64,000 nt of DNA, taken from positions 973,372 to 1,037,371 of the forward strand of contig CBDBNP010000008.1 of NCBI GenBank assembly GCA_965207865.1, given 5' to 3'. Each line of letters starts with the position of its first letter. Position 1 is the stretch's first letter. Positions 8,701 to 17,502 of this stretch are shown piece after piece. Under the pieces are notes generated by a model. It saw only the letters and a program-made list of their open reading frames with translations. It did no database searches and was not told the origin of the DNA. Origin of the DNA: Dehalococcoidia bacterium. Its GTDB lineage: Bacteria; Chloroflexota; Dehalococcoidia; Lucifugimonadales; UBA3495. The translations under genes were made by a program, and so were the position numbers.

Positions 8701-11632
8701 CGCGAAAACTGGAATGGTTGAAGTGGGTGTTGACCTCTACGAACTCGACGAAATCCACAAAGGAGCCTACGGTGAGGTTTGCCGTCACAGCGGTGGGCAT
8801 TCCCGATGTCGGGGCGTCCGGAATCGAAAGGTTGATGGCGCCTGATCCGGACGTTGTCTCCCGGAGAGGGGAGACGTTGTTCCAGCCCACGGCCAGGTCC
8901 GTGGCGGCCTTGGCGTCCACCATGCCGAAGCCGTACTCGTGGTTGAAGTCGTAGTGGTCCGTGGTGGAGCCGTACTTCAGCGCCCCCTGCTCCCAGCCGG
9001 TGTTGGCCGCGTCGTTCTTGCGGGCGGAGGCGGCCAGGATTAGCTTGACGTCCCGCCAGGTGAGGGCGGTGTTGGCCTCCCGCACCAGTGCAACTACGCC
9101 TGAGACGATGGGAGCGGCGGCGCTGGTGCCTCCCATCCGACCCCAGTACCTGTTGCCGTTGTCCGTGGTCGTTATTCTGGGCTGGCCGACTCTTCCGCTG
9201 CTGGAGGGGCCGCAGACCCACAGGTTGACGCCGGGCTCCGAGTAGTCGGCGCGCTTGTCGTCGTGGCCCACGGCGCAGACGGCAACGATGGCGTAGTAGT
9301 TGGCGATCTCGTCCAGGTTCGAGTCATCGTCATATTCGGCCCCGTTGCCAGCGGACCAGACGTAGACCACGCCTTTCCCGCCGTACCCGTTGGTTACGCC
9401 GTCCGTTACGGCCATTTCCCATGTTGAGACGACAGGGTTCGGCTCGCCGAAGTCCCTGGGCCCCCAGCTGTTGTTGGAAACGGCTGTGGTCTCGGAGTTG
9501 CGGGTCATGGCGTCTGCCCTGTTGGCGTCGCTCACTGCCTCAAGGTAGTTGTACCCGTAAATCGTGGCCTCGGGTGCCACGCCCCGCACTCCCTTGTCGT
9601 TGTCCTTTGCCGCGATAAGACCGGCCACCGCGGTGCCGTGCCATTCGAAATAGTCGTAAATGTCGGTATCGTCGGTGTTGTAGTTGTGATTCAGGGTGGT
9701 GTTCACATTGTCCTTGAGGTCCTCGTGGGTGTAGTGCATCCCGTCGTCCACCACCACCACGTTGATGCCGTCGCCGGTGTAGGTGGGCCACACATCCTCG
9801 ACCCCGATATCGAAACCGGCGCTGTTGCGGAACTGGTCGCTGTTGTTCAGGTGCCACTGGCATCCGTACAGGGGATCGTTGATGCCGGCGCTCCGGGAGA
9901 TGTTGCTGCAGCGGTCTTCGAAGTAGGTATACGAACCCTCCCGGATGGCCCTGACGGTGTAACGTCCGGTATCGGTGGCATCCTTGCCCTTCACCTTCAG
10001 GGTGTATGTGCCCGCGTCCAGCGTTCCCTGGAATACGAACCGGTCGCTGAAGTGAATCGAATCGACCGGGGCGTCGAAGTCGTTGGAATCTATGAGCTCG
10101 GCGCTGATATCGAGCCCCAGGCCCCGGCTCGTCCCTCCGATGATCACGTGGGTGGTCTCGTCCAGGGTCAGACTGAAATAGTCCTCATCCCCGGCAGGGC
10201 CGATCATGCCGCCAGCCACGTCGCCAAGGGTCAACTCCTGGGCATCGGCCTTCCTGCTGCCCGGCTCGGTGATGGTGTGGAGGTACACACTGAACGGCCC
10301 TTCGTATCTTTCGTCGAAGGAGCTGACGTTCAGATAGTAGGTCCCCGCCGCCAAGCTTCGCCGGATGAGAAAATTCCTGCTGCCGCCAGGAAGATAGCCG
10401 TCGTCATTGGATGCAACCAATTGGGAATTCCTGGTGTACAGCTTGCCCACGGTGTCCGGAAATCCGGACGACCGAATGGCAACCTCTGTAGTCTCTGCCA
10501 GAACTATTTTGAAGGAATCGGTTTCATCTTCAGGGTCAATGGTGCGACTGGCAGAGCCGTTTATAGGAATGGTGGGAGATTCGGTCCAACCTACGGGGTC
10601 CGGAAATGCCCGGACCCTGAGGGTGTATGGTTCGTCAGTGGCTCCGAACCCGGTGACCTTTACGTAATACGTGCCGGAATTGAGTTTGCGCCAAAGGAAG
10701 AAAGCTTCCGGGTTGGGTAAAACCCGGCCATAGTCGTTGCTCTTGATGAAATTGCCGTCGCTGTCCTGCAACTCACCCACCGTGTCGAGGTCTCCCTGGG
10801 TGTAAATCCAGTAGTCGGCAGTTTCTGACACGGTGAAGCTGACGTAGTCCTCGTCGTCACTGGGGTCGATAACGCCCCACACTCTGTCCCCTGCGGAGAT
10901 GCTGGTGGCGTTGGTGCGGTCGGCGCCATGATCGCCAGGGGTAGCGGCGGTGGTGGCCGACCATGCGCCGTCAACGTCGTCCTCATCGACGGCCCGCACC
11001 TGCACGTCGTAGCCAGTTTCGTTGGTCAGGCCGGTGATGGCGTGAAAGAGGCTGCCGTCTCCGTCCTCCCAGGCGTCCTCCTCCACGGTCCAGTTGGAAT
11101 CCACCGTTTCGTCGGAGCTGGTCTCGATGTGGCGCACGTCATAGGCCTTGACGCCGGTGGTGATGCCGGCAGGCGCACTCCAGGCGACGTAAACGGCGCG
11201 GTCATCGCCGCGCACGGTATCCAGGGAGGGCGCAGGGAGGGCCGGCGTCCCGACCGTCGTTGCGGACCATGCTCCGTCGCCGTTGGCGTTGACGGCCCGG
11301 ACCTGCACGTCGTATTGGGTGCCGTTGTCCAGACCGGTGATGGTGTACTCCAGCGCCCCGGAGGTCCAGGCGTTGTCGACCACGGTCCAGTTGGCGTCGG
11401 CTTTGTCTGTGGCATCGCTGTTAATGTGTCGCACGTCGTAGGCGGTGATGCCCGTTTCGCCGGTAGGAGCGGTCCACTCGACTTTGAGCTGCTTGTCATC
11501 CGAGGTTACGGAGTCAATGGTGGGCGCAGCGGGAGTCGTCTGAGCCCTGGCGTAGCCCAAGACCAGAATGAGGCATAGCAGAGCGCCCCCTGCCACGGCA
11601 GCAAGTCTTACCGGGCTGAGCCACGCGTTCAT
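5708..11632 (-). CDS. Giant secreted kexin-like subtilase (S8 + P-domain) with FN3, PPC-like and Calx-beta domains and a duplicated C-terminal module
   Basis: This is a 1974-aa ORF. In order it contains:
- an N-terminal signal (LLCLILVLGYARAQT)
- 2 FN3 domains
- 3 PPC-like jelly rolls (DEDY.., GTYY.KV)
- an S8 triad (VVVVDDG, WHGTAVAG, GGTSAAAPIVSG) with the kexin-type GCQWHLNN motif
- a P-domain (GEWTLRIRDEERGTTGSLRSWGLTIYGH)
- 2 FN3 domains
- 3 Calx-beta domains (DDTTDE..E.F)
- 1 FN3 domain
- a Pro/Gly linker
- two copies of a roughly 80-aa C-terminal module. Confidence 0.9.
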   Translation of the reverse strand: MNAWLSPVRLAAVAGGALLCLILVLGYARAQTTPAAPTIDSVTSDDKQLKVEWTAPTGETGITAYDVRHINSDATDKADANWTVVDNAWTSGALEYTITGLDNGTQYDVQVRAVNANGDGAWSATTVGTPALPAPSLDTVRGDDRAVYVAWSAPAGITTGVKAYDVRHIETSSDETVDSNWTVEEDAWEDGDGSLFHAITGLTNETGYDVQVRAVDEDDVDGAWSATTAATPGDHGADRTNATSISAGDRVWGVIDPSDDEDYVSFTVSETADYWIYTQGDLDTVGELQDSDGNFIKSNDYGRVLPNPEAFFLWRKLNSGTYYVKVTGFGATDEPYTLRVRAFPDPVGWTESPTIPINGSASRTIDPEDETDSFKIVLAETTEVAIRSSGFPDTVGKLYTRNSQLVASNDDGYLPGGSRNFLIRRSLAAGTYYLNVSSFDERYEGPFSVYLHTITEPGSRKADAQELTLGDVAGGMIGPAGDEDYFSLTLDETTHVIIGGTSRGLGLDISAELIDSNDFDAPVDSIHFSDRFVFQGTLDAGTYTLKVKGKDATDTGRYTVRAIREGSYTYFEDRCSNISRSAGINDPLYGCQWHLNNSDQFRNSAGFDIGVEDVWPTYTGDGINVVVVDDGMHYTHEDLKDNVNTTLNHNYNTDDTDIYDYFEWHGTAVAGLIAAKDNDKGVRGVAPEATIYGYNYLEAVSDANRADAMTRNSETTAVSNNSWGPRDFGEPNPVVSTWEMAVTDGVTNGYGGKGVVYVWSAGNGAEYDDDSNLDEIANYYAIVAVCAVGHDDKRADYSEPGVNLWVCGPSSSGRVGQPRITTTDNGNRYWGRMGGTSAAAPIVSGVVALVREANTALTWRDVKLILAASARKNDAANTGWEQGALKYGSTTDHYDFNHEYGFGMVDAKAATDLAVGWNNVSPLRETTSGSGAINLSIPDAPTSGMPTAVTANLTVGSFVDFVEFVEVNTHFNHSSFRDLHVELESPSGEVSTLVPSAPLDARLTSEFRFGSARFLGEAAAGEWTLRIRDEERGTTGSLRSWGLTIYGHGYQPAAPDFDDVTPSGGTLTIEWKEPTDIGKSAVTSYDLRYIRKDATDKSDANWTEETSVGTLSNRSHSITGLSGNVEYEIQVRARNSEGIGIWSEVTTAMPTIVEPSTPAITNVTRGDGELAVAWTEPSDNGGGRITAYDVRYIETSADETVDSNWTVQDNAWRSGNLEYTIRSLTNAVEYDVQVRAVNSAGDGEWSGTRTGTPLPDDIPITMQWEETTLEVDEDVGSVELTAVFTTTLNAPPEADFEFELVLSTTDLGTTVTDDYTPPPSSASFVASDFSQTDVNGQQLYQATRDFTIDINDDTTDESDENFRVTMNYQTPGLSHLRGGPQSATITINDDEHVPVTLSWDQTDVTVDEDDGSATLRALAVTTVDKRPEDGFTFDASVSTANGAASQPGDYTQVDDTITFDRNDFSRTTVNGQPRYRAAKQVSVSIVDDTTDEIEEDLSVTIEYANPGPLHLQGGSAIATVKIADDDFVPIALSWEQPDYSVSEDAGSVIMYAQATTTEEGAPLSDVSFSVRATTSAGSARQGSDYSHLSATETILHTDFTSTVVSGEVRYRAERQIIVDVQDDVYDEGDESFTVRLSYASSGLPYLTGGAATATVTITNDDEGGPPPPPVIPRTPSTPTVTAASANSLRITWSAPSGGPSPTSYELRYRRNGSISWPSPVSVGNSRSYTVTGLSASTTYEVQVRARNSAGPGGWSSTGRGTTSAAPPPPPPPRNTGGGGGRFIVPPAPQAPPRPALATQRAEQVFQPLSANGTLGRVWRLVERYQSWLFYDPEPRLVPFNSLRTVNLASDTPAVVAINVTRNQRFRGLPLYAGWNLVPLTEDPLTPQPGSGVQSVQQIFGALAASGALQRVWWLDSRSQQWKFYDPDPELAAFNTLTTVDLAANPPVVLAVSVDRRTEFRGRTLYPGWNYVVMR
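8484..9850 (-). other. S8 catalytic domain plus proprotein-convertase P-domain within the 5708-11632 gene
   Basis: The catalytic codons read directly as Asp 9746-9748 (first D of DDG), His 9638-9640 (WHGTA) and Ser 9122-9124 (GTSAA). The P-domain ends at LTIYGHGY, around 8484-8507. Confidence 0.8.
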
Positions 11633-11850
11633 GCGGTTATTAACTCGGCGGAAAGATTAGCGCTCACAAAACAATTGGGGTACTACGGATGAGGTTACCT
11701 ACAGGGCAACGGTCATTTCGGGACTTCCTCTCTCGCCCAGTTGGGGCTGGCCACTTCCACGCCATCCAGGACCGCCAGCGTGTTGGCCAACTCCAGCGAG
11801 GGGAAACCCGGCTCCGTCTGGATAAAGAAGCCGTTGACGGCATAACTCAA

Positions 11851-12549
11851 TTAAGAAACGCGGTCCATCTTGATACTGTTGGTCGAGAAAAAGGCGTCCG
11901 TTTCTGCCTCGCTCCACTCGGAATCAAGAATCAGGAGCACGCCGCCGGGCAACGTCATGAGTTCACCGTACTCCGAGCGAAATACAGGCAGCGCATCGTC
12001 TTGCGGCTGTCCTCCCACACCCCTGGCCACTCTGTTCTCAACTCCATCAGCCGCCACTACGTCGCGAGGCAACCCGTCAGAACCCTGGTCCACTGCGAGG
12101 TCGGTCTGGAGATATACGGTGAGAGTCCTGTCCCCGTCTTCCCACGTATAGCTGCGGCCCTGCACGTCACCCTCAGGCGACCCGCCCTCCTTGGAGGGAT
12201 CATGGCCTTCGGCGGTTATGCCTCCATCCCGGGCTGATGATACTGGAGGATCAGACGACTCAAACTCTAGCCCATCGTCGATTGTTGGGTTTGGAGTGGG
12301 CGTGGGAGCAGCCGAGGGTGTCGCCGGGTATGCTGCGGTGATGGCAGTCACGGTTGGGGGCGCCGTGACGGCGGCCGGTGCAGGGCTACCCGCGTGCGTT
12401 GGGGAGGCGGTTGGCGCCTGCAGTACTGCCGCAGTGTTGGCGGGTGGGGCAACTTGCTCCGTCGGCGAGGGCGACCCGCATCCCGCCAGGAGGGCAGACA
12501 TACTTGGCACAATGACAACGAAAGTCAGCAAGACCGCAAGTTTTCTCAT
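11851..12549 (-). CDS. Secreted lipoprotein with a Pro/Ala/Thr-rich linker; the ORF is ended by an in-frame TAA after which the reading frame stays open
   Basis: This 232-aa ORF has the lipobox MSALLAGCGS. After the TAA at 11851-11853, another 45 sense codons follow in the same frame (LSYAVNGFFIQTEPGFPSLELANTLAVLDGVEVASPNWAREEVPK) up to the TGA at 11713-11715. Confidence 0.6.
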   Translation of the reverse strand: MRKLAVLLTFVVIVPSMSALLAGCGSPSPTEQVAPPANTAAVLQAPTASPTHAGSPAPAAVTAPPTVTAITAAYPATPSAAPTPTPNPTIDDGLEFESSDPPVSSARDGGITAEGHDPSKEGGSPEGDVQGRSYTWEDGDRTLTVYLQTDLAVDQGSDGLPRDVVAADGVENRVARGVGGQPQDDALPVFRSEYGELMTLPGGVLLILDSEWSEAETDAFFSTNSIKMDRVS

Positions 12550-12879
12550 CTCGCCTCTCCGCTCCTGATTGCTCCGCGTCCCTACGGCTTATGTCGCACC
12601 CACTGATGGGATACCCTCTGCACCGAGGGCAGGCTCAATGGCATATCCGGCCAATGCCCAGACTCGGTCGGGGACCCCAGCAAGACTGCGTTAGGTAATG
12701 ATGGTATCACCACACGCCATGATATCGGACCTGTTCCACCAACTGGAAATGACTCAAAAATTCATGGAGCAGAGCAGCACGTGCAAAAGAGGCCTCGGCA
12801 CACTCGCCAGAGCCCCAAAATGGGCATACGCACCCGTGGCACACCAACCAGTGAGTACGAAATGATAGAGCCACGGACA

Positions 12880-12998
12880 TGGACATAGCCAGGGCCACTG
12901 GGCAAGCCTGCACCCTCACCTCGGACGATCAGGAGAACACCGTCAAGATGAGCGTCGGCTTCACCGACGACGGGGCCACCGCGGAACACAATGACTGA
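12880..12998 (+). pseudogene. Isolated fragment of a repeat-protein module (ATG..TLT..D....VKV.V.FTDD type)
   Basis: The plus-strand frame reads ARATGQACTLTSDDQENTVKMSVGFTDDGATAEHND then a stop. This resembles the module GATGSTYTLT..D.GKTIKV.VSFTDD.GN.E seen in giant bacterial surface proteins. No start codon or gene context is present. Confidence 0.35.
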
Positions 12999-13065
12999 GA
13001 AAGGTATGCCGACACCGACGCCAGTTCCCCACGTTGCCCAGTAGGTCACCCCATCGCCGTGGGCC

Positions 13066-13262
13066 GCTATTCAGTGATGGTAGGTCCTGCCGCAGGACCG
13101 CCCGGTGTAGTGTACGTCGCGCCGGGCACGTTCTCCGAGACCCTTTCATAGAACGCGGGCAGCCCCAAACCGGACGGGAGTCAGCGGTACACACCAAAGT
13201 GAGAGGCCTCGGCCAGCGGCGTCCACGACAGTGCGATGCTGTTGGCCCCGAAGGCCGTAGCC
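13066..13262 (-). pseudogene. Frameshifted FN3 domain remnant
   Basis: The minus strand reads PLGLTATAFGANSIALSWTPLAEASHFGVYR then a stop. After a frameshift it continues FYERVSENVPGATYTTPGGPAAGPTITE then a stop. Both pieces match the GLTATA..I.LSW FN3 pattern used in the two giant genes, and the remnant abuts the stop of the 13264-14127 ORF in another frame. Confidence 0.45.
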
Positions 13263-13263
13263 G

Positions 13264-14127
13264 TCAGTCCCAATGGGGCGGTGGATACGGCGTGTCGGTG
13301 GCGGTTGGTTCCTGTGTCGGCGTAGACAGGACAGGAGCAGTAATTACGTTGGGTTCACCCCAGCCTGAGTAAGAATGTAGCGTTTCCAGCCTTGTGTTGG
13401 GAGGTTGTACAATCGTCCTTTTGATTTGCACAAATCTCCCGGTAGTTGGGTCAATCCAAAAATCCTCTCTGCTATAGTTTTCCTCTGGCTGCGACTTTGA
13501 GGCGATTAAGTAGAAGTAATGCTTGGTATTCGTGCCGTTTATAATCTCTTCCCCAATGTACCCAGATGTTGTATCCGACACGTCATCGCTTAGCAAAGGG
13601 CGCCCACAGAAAGAAGCAGGAATTTCTTCAGAATCGGATTCGCCAGCTGCTCCAGACATATCAGCGAAGGGTGCTATATTATTCACGTCTGTTTTCCATT
13701 CGCCCCAAGTGCCTGTAGCGTCGGCACCGCGGTAGTATCTGGTTCTACTACCTGCACCACTACTCCCGCTGGCACCATCGGTATTATCGTTCCGGGTTGC
13801 TATTTCAATATGTTCAGCTTGGATCGACACACCTTCCTTTGTGGCAGTCAAAAGTCTATAGATATTTTCGCCTTGAATGCGCCAATTTTCATTACCAGTC
13901 ATGGATTCAGTGCCAAATGTAACAGTTCCCTGAATTGTGATGTCATAAGATGCCGTGTAGTTAGCGAACCCCAGGCAGGCATCCTCCACAGCTTCTTGTG
14001 CATCGATATAATCATCTTTTGAAGCCATCTGCCAAATAATTATGGCTATTACAGGCAATGTCACGACAAGCAGGGCACCTGCGAGTTGATGACGCTTTTG
14101 CCACATGTAAGGAATTAGCATATACAC
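13264..14127 (-). CDS. Hypothetical membrane-anchored protein (single N-terminal TM), low-GC gene; the C-terminus probably decayed
   Basis: This 287-aa ORF has a TM segment LAGALLVVTLPVIAIIIWQMA. It is visibly more AT-rich than its flanks. I recognised no family motif. Confidence 0.5.
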   Translation of the reverse strand: MYMLIPYMWQKRHQLAGALLVVTLPVIAIIIWQMASKDDYIDAQEAVEDACLGFANYTASYDITIQGTVTFGTESMTGNENWRIQGENIYRLLTATKEGVSIQAEHIEIATRNDNTDGASGSSGAGSRTRYYRGADATGTWGEWKTDVNNIAPFADMSGAAGESDSEEIPASFCGRPLLSDDVSDTTSGYIGEEIINGTNTKHYFYLIASKSQPEENYSREDFWIDPTTGRFVQIKRTIVQPPNTRLETLHSYSGWGEPNVITAPVLSTPTQEPTATDTPYPPPHWD

Positions 14128-14268
14128 ACTCTCTTATCCACTGGATGGGGTCCTATAATAGATCGTTGGACCTTTTAGTTCGGCCCCAGCACGTACGGAC
14201 CCGTATCGTGTATTGCCATTGGAATCTACCCTGTACGTACCTACCACATATATTTTGCTGTTGCCCAC

Positions 14269-14421
14269 CTCACTGAGAACCGGACCCACAGGATGGGACA
14301 GACGGCCAAGATCAACGTGATCAAGTATTCCTGCACCGATACCACTGAGGAACGCATAGACGCCATCCTGATCGGGAAGCAGGACCTGTTCGACAGGCTG
14401 GTCGACGACGCTTCCATGGAC
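14269..14421 (+). pseudogene. SNF2-family helicase C-terminal remnant (motif VI region)
   Basis: The frame reads LTENRTHRMGQTAKINVIKYSCTDTTEERIDAILIGKQDLFDRLVDD. This matches the SNF2 motif VI and tail pattern Q..DR.HRIGQ.k.V.V.r.i...TiEE.I......K..L. There is no upstream helicase core, and downstream the frame turns into noise antisense to the next gene. Confidence 0.55.
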
Positions 14422-14589
14422 CCGTCGCCACGGTTGATCTGCGAGGGGATGTTCGTTTGCCGGATGCTGGAAATCTGGCCTCGAGTTTCGTGTCAGGGTC
14501 CCGGCCGTTGGAAAGGAACATGCCGATTTTCATGGTATCTCGATCCTCCGCCGGGTATTCTCGGGCCGGAAGAGGAGAATTATGGGATG

Positions 14590-17502
14590 TCATTGCAACT
14601 CGGAGGGCGGCCGGTACGCGGGCCTCTTACTCTGATAGCCCCAGCAGGCCACGCGGCCGTTGGTTCTCACTGCACAAGAAGCAATGTTGCCGGCGCTAAC
14701 ATCCACGAAGTCTGTGTTCGACGGCGTAGTGGAACGATCCTGGTACCCCCAGCAGTATGCTCGTCCGTCCGTTTTTATCCCACAGGTAGACGCAATCTCC
14801 GCTCGTTCTGCCACAACGGTGACTGCTACGAAGTCGGCATTTTCTTCTTCACTGGGCTTCTTGATGCTGGCTTCAACGCCCCAGCAGAGCATACTTCCGT
14901 CGGTTTTCACCCCACAGGCATAATGTTCGCCCACGCCTATGTCCCGGAAGCCGGTATTATCCTGCGGGAATCCATTTGTCACCCCCTGGCTGCCCCAGCA
15001 AAAGAGGGAGCTGTCCTGCTTCAACCCACAGAAATTGTCATCGCTGGACGATATGGCGGTGAAGGTCTTTGCTACTTTATCGGCCCCGGTGATCTCAGTT
15101 GGGAGATCGTCAATGGTTGATTGAAGGCCCCAACAGACCATGTTGCCGCTTATCTTCACTCCGCAGCTGACGCGGCTGCCGGCGACGACCAGGCGATAGT
15201 CGGTATTGGGGTTGGTCGCGTCGTCCGGAACCGTGGCCTCGCCTACATTGGTGTCGTATTCAGCCCCCCAGCAGGCAATGCTGCTATCCCGCCGCACGCC
15301 GCAGGCGTGATAACTCTGAGGGCCCATGCTGATGCTGGTGAAGGAGCCGGTTGCCACTTTGTCAACACCGTAGCCGTCACCATCCCAGCAGAGGACAGCG
15401 CCGTGGGGCTTCAGCACGCAAGCGGAGCCATAGCCGACGACAATGGTGTGTTCGGCGGTGGTCAGCGGCAGGGGCGGCGCCAGCGCCAGGACGGTATCCT
15501 TCCCCCAACAACTCACGCCGCCGTCCAGTTTGATTCCACAGGTATAGAAATCTCCTGCCGCGATGGAGGCGAAAGCGCCGTCCGGGGCCTGTAGCTTCTC
15601 GTCGGCAGTGTCGCCCCAACAAGTCACCTCACGGCTGCCCTCGACAATGCCGCAGGCGTGGGTCTTCGCCACCACCAGGTAGGCGAACACCGCATCCTCC
15701 GTGACCTGTAGCTTCTCGTCGGCAGTGTCGCCCCAACACATCACCTCGCGGCTGCCCTCGACAATGCCGCAGGCGTGGGTCTTCGCCACCACCAGGGAGG
15801 CGAACACCGCATCCTCAGTGACCTCGGTCCTGGGATTCATCGTGTCCCCCGACACGTTGCCCCAGCAGACCACACGTCCGCTGGCGTCCCGGGAGCAGGC
15901 AAAGTCCTCCCCCACTCCGAGGTCGTACGCCGGAATCAGTTCGGACGGCGGTGCGGACGCATCGCCTGGGTCGGCGTTCATATCGTCGGGGGGAGGACCA
16001 CCCCAGCAGACAACCAACCCGTCGGTCTTTCGCCCGCAGGCGTGATAATCGCCCACGGCGAAAGCGATGAACGTAGCGTCGGGGACGGCCAGTTTGTCCT
16101 GGCCGGCATCGCCCCAGCAAACTACCGTGCCGTCGCTCTTGCTTCCGCAGGCGTGACCGGCGCCGGCCGCCACAGTGGAGAAGTCCGTGTTGCTCGACGG
16201 CGTGCTGGTGAACGCGCCCCAGCACGATACTGCACCCCCAGAAGCCTTAACGGCGCAGGAAAAGTTCTTGCCGGCGGCCACCGTACCGAAGCCGGAATTG
16301 GACGCGGGAAGAGTGGTTTCTCTTTCCGTATTGTCGCCCCAGCAATCCAGGATCCCGTCGGTTTTTGCGCCGCATGCATGGTCGTGGCCAACACTGACCG
16401 TGGCGAAACCGCTGGTGTCGGTGGGCGTATCGGAACGGGCGCCCCAGCAGACCAGGGTTCCATCGTCCTTGACCCCGCAGGCATGGTCGTTTCCCACACT
16501 CAGCATGTCGAACTCGGAGTTGCTGGCCGGGGTGTCCACACGACTGCCCCAGCAGACCACGCTGTCGTCGGTTTTGAGGCCGCACGCATGGCTGCCGGCG
16601 CTCACCGCCTCGAATAAATGACCCGATGGGGCAATGACCGGTGAGTCGGCTGCTCCGCCCCAGCATTGCACGGCCCGATCGGGAGTGATGGCGCAGGAGA
16701 AGTTGCTGCCGGCGGCTACCGACTGGCCCTGGGCAGGAGTGACCATCGGCAGCAATGAACCTGCTTCGCCTCGCGGGCCAGCTTCCCCCTGTGGGCCGGA
16801 GGGACCGGCAGGCCCCGGTGGACCGGCAACGCCGGGCGGGCCAGGCTCCCCTTTTGGCCCGGGGGAACCGGGCGGTCCGGCAGGCCCTCGTGGGCCGGGC
16901 TCCCCCTGTGGCCCGGGTGAACCAGGAGGCCCAGGAGGCCCCGCAGAGCCACTTCCGCCACCGCTGGGGCCTTGAGGCCCCTGTGGACCGGCGGGTCCGG
17001 TAGAGCCACCGCCACCGCCACCGCCGCCGCTGGGTCCTTGTGGCCCCTGTGGCCCAGTAGGCCCGACGGGGCCGGTGTCTCCTGGCGGACCAGACGGGCC
17101 GCGTTCTCCGGCTATTCCGGGAACTCCTGTTGGGCCAGGAAGACCGTCCAAGCCGGCGGGGCCCTCAGGCCCTGAGCGACCACGATCTCCCCTGTCGCCC
17201 TTCTCTCCCTTCGGCCCCGGTACCCCGGTGGCTCCGGGCGGGCCCGGTGGCCCAGCAGAACCTGGAACTCCCGCTGAGCCGGTGAGTCCACGTGGGCCGG
17301 GTGGGCCCTCGGGCCCCATAAGACCGGGAGCACCCGTATCGCCCTTTTGTCCCGTCGGGCCGGGCACCCCCGTAGCCCCGGGCGGTGAGTCCGGAAACGC
17401 GTCGGTAGAATCCTCGCCGAGAAGGCCACATCCTGAGACGAACAACGCTACAGCAAGTATTAGCAGCCTAGGAACTACGCGGCGTGGGGGGGGAAATTTC
17501 AC
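14590..17502 (-). CDS. Lipoprotein with a collagen-like triple-helix region and about 18 RCC1-like beta-propeller repeats
   Basis: This 970-aa ORF has the lipobox [10 protein letters not shown]. About 205 aa of uninterrupted G-X-Y repeats follow, apart from two Gly runs. After that come 18 repeats of the form h.aG..HACG.K.DG.vvCWG. Confidence 0.85.
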   Translation of the reverse strand: MKFPPPRRVVPRLLILAVALFVSGCGLLGEDSTDAFPDSPPGATGVPGPTGQKGDTGAPGLMGPEGPPGPRGLTGSAGVPGSAGPPGPPGATGVPGPKGEKGDRGDRGRSGPEGPAGLDGLPGPTGVPGIAGERGPSGPPGDTGPVGPTGPQGPQGPSGGGGGGGGSTGPAGPQGPQGPSGGGSGSAGPPGPPGSPGPQGEPGPRGPAGPPGSPGPKGEPGPPGVAGPPGPAGPSGPQGEAGPRGEAGSLLPMVTPAQGQSVAAGSNFSCAITPDRAVQCWGGAADSPVIAPSGHLFEAVSAGSHACGLKTDDSVVCWGSRVDTPASNSEFDMLSVGNDHACGVKDDGTLVCWGARSDTPTDTSGFATVSVGHDHACGAKTDGILDCWGDNTERETTLPASNSGFGTVAAGKNFSCAVKASGGAVSCWGAFTSTPSSNTDFSTVAAGAGHACGSKSDGTVVCWGDAGQDKLAVPDATFIAFAVGDYHACGRKTDGLVVCWGGPPPDDMNADPGDASAPPSELIPAYDLGVGEDFACSRDASGRVVCWGNVSGDTMNPRTEVTEDAVFASLVVAKTHACGIVEGSREVMCWGDTADEKLQVTEDAVFAYLVVAKTHACGIVEGSREVTCWGDTADEKLQAPDGAFASIAAGDFYTCGIKLDGGVSCWGKDTVLALAPPLPLTTAEHTIVVGYGSACVLKPHGAVLCWDGDGYGVDKVATGSFTSISMGPQSYHACGVRRDSSIACWGAEYDTNVGEATVPDDATNPNTDYRLVVAGSRVSCGVKISGNMVCWGLQSTIDDLPTEITGADKVAKTFTAISSSDDNFCGLKQDSSLFCWGSQGVTNGFPQDNTGFRDIGVGEHYACGVKTDGSMLCWGVEASIKKPSEEENADFVAVTVVAERAEIASTCGIKTDGRAYCWGYQDRSTTPSNTDFVDVSAGNIASCAVRTNGRVACWGYQSKRPAYRPPSELQ
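15589..15822. repeat. 117-bp tandem duplication (2 copies, a few mismatches) inside the RCC1-like region
   Basis: Copy 1 (15589-15705) and copy 2 (15706-15822) both start ctgtagcttctcgtcggcagtgtcgcccc. They encode VTEDAVFA[S/Y][18 protein letters not shown][M/T][11 protein letters not shown] twice. Confidence 0.9.
16759..17379 (-). other. Collagen-like G-X-Y region of the 14590-17502 gene
   Basis: Residues 42-248 read [19 protein letters not shown]...[13 protein letters not shown]. This region produces the Pro/Gly-rich shadow ORFs listed on both strands there. Confidence 0.85.

Noticed and set aside
14455-14535. A minus-strand MKIGMFLSNG... start behind a GGAGGA RBS, resembling the N-terminus of LLM oxidoreductases
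   Set aside because: Only about 10-15 residues are interpretable before the frame degenerates. I mention it only as part of the fragment graveyard.
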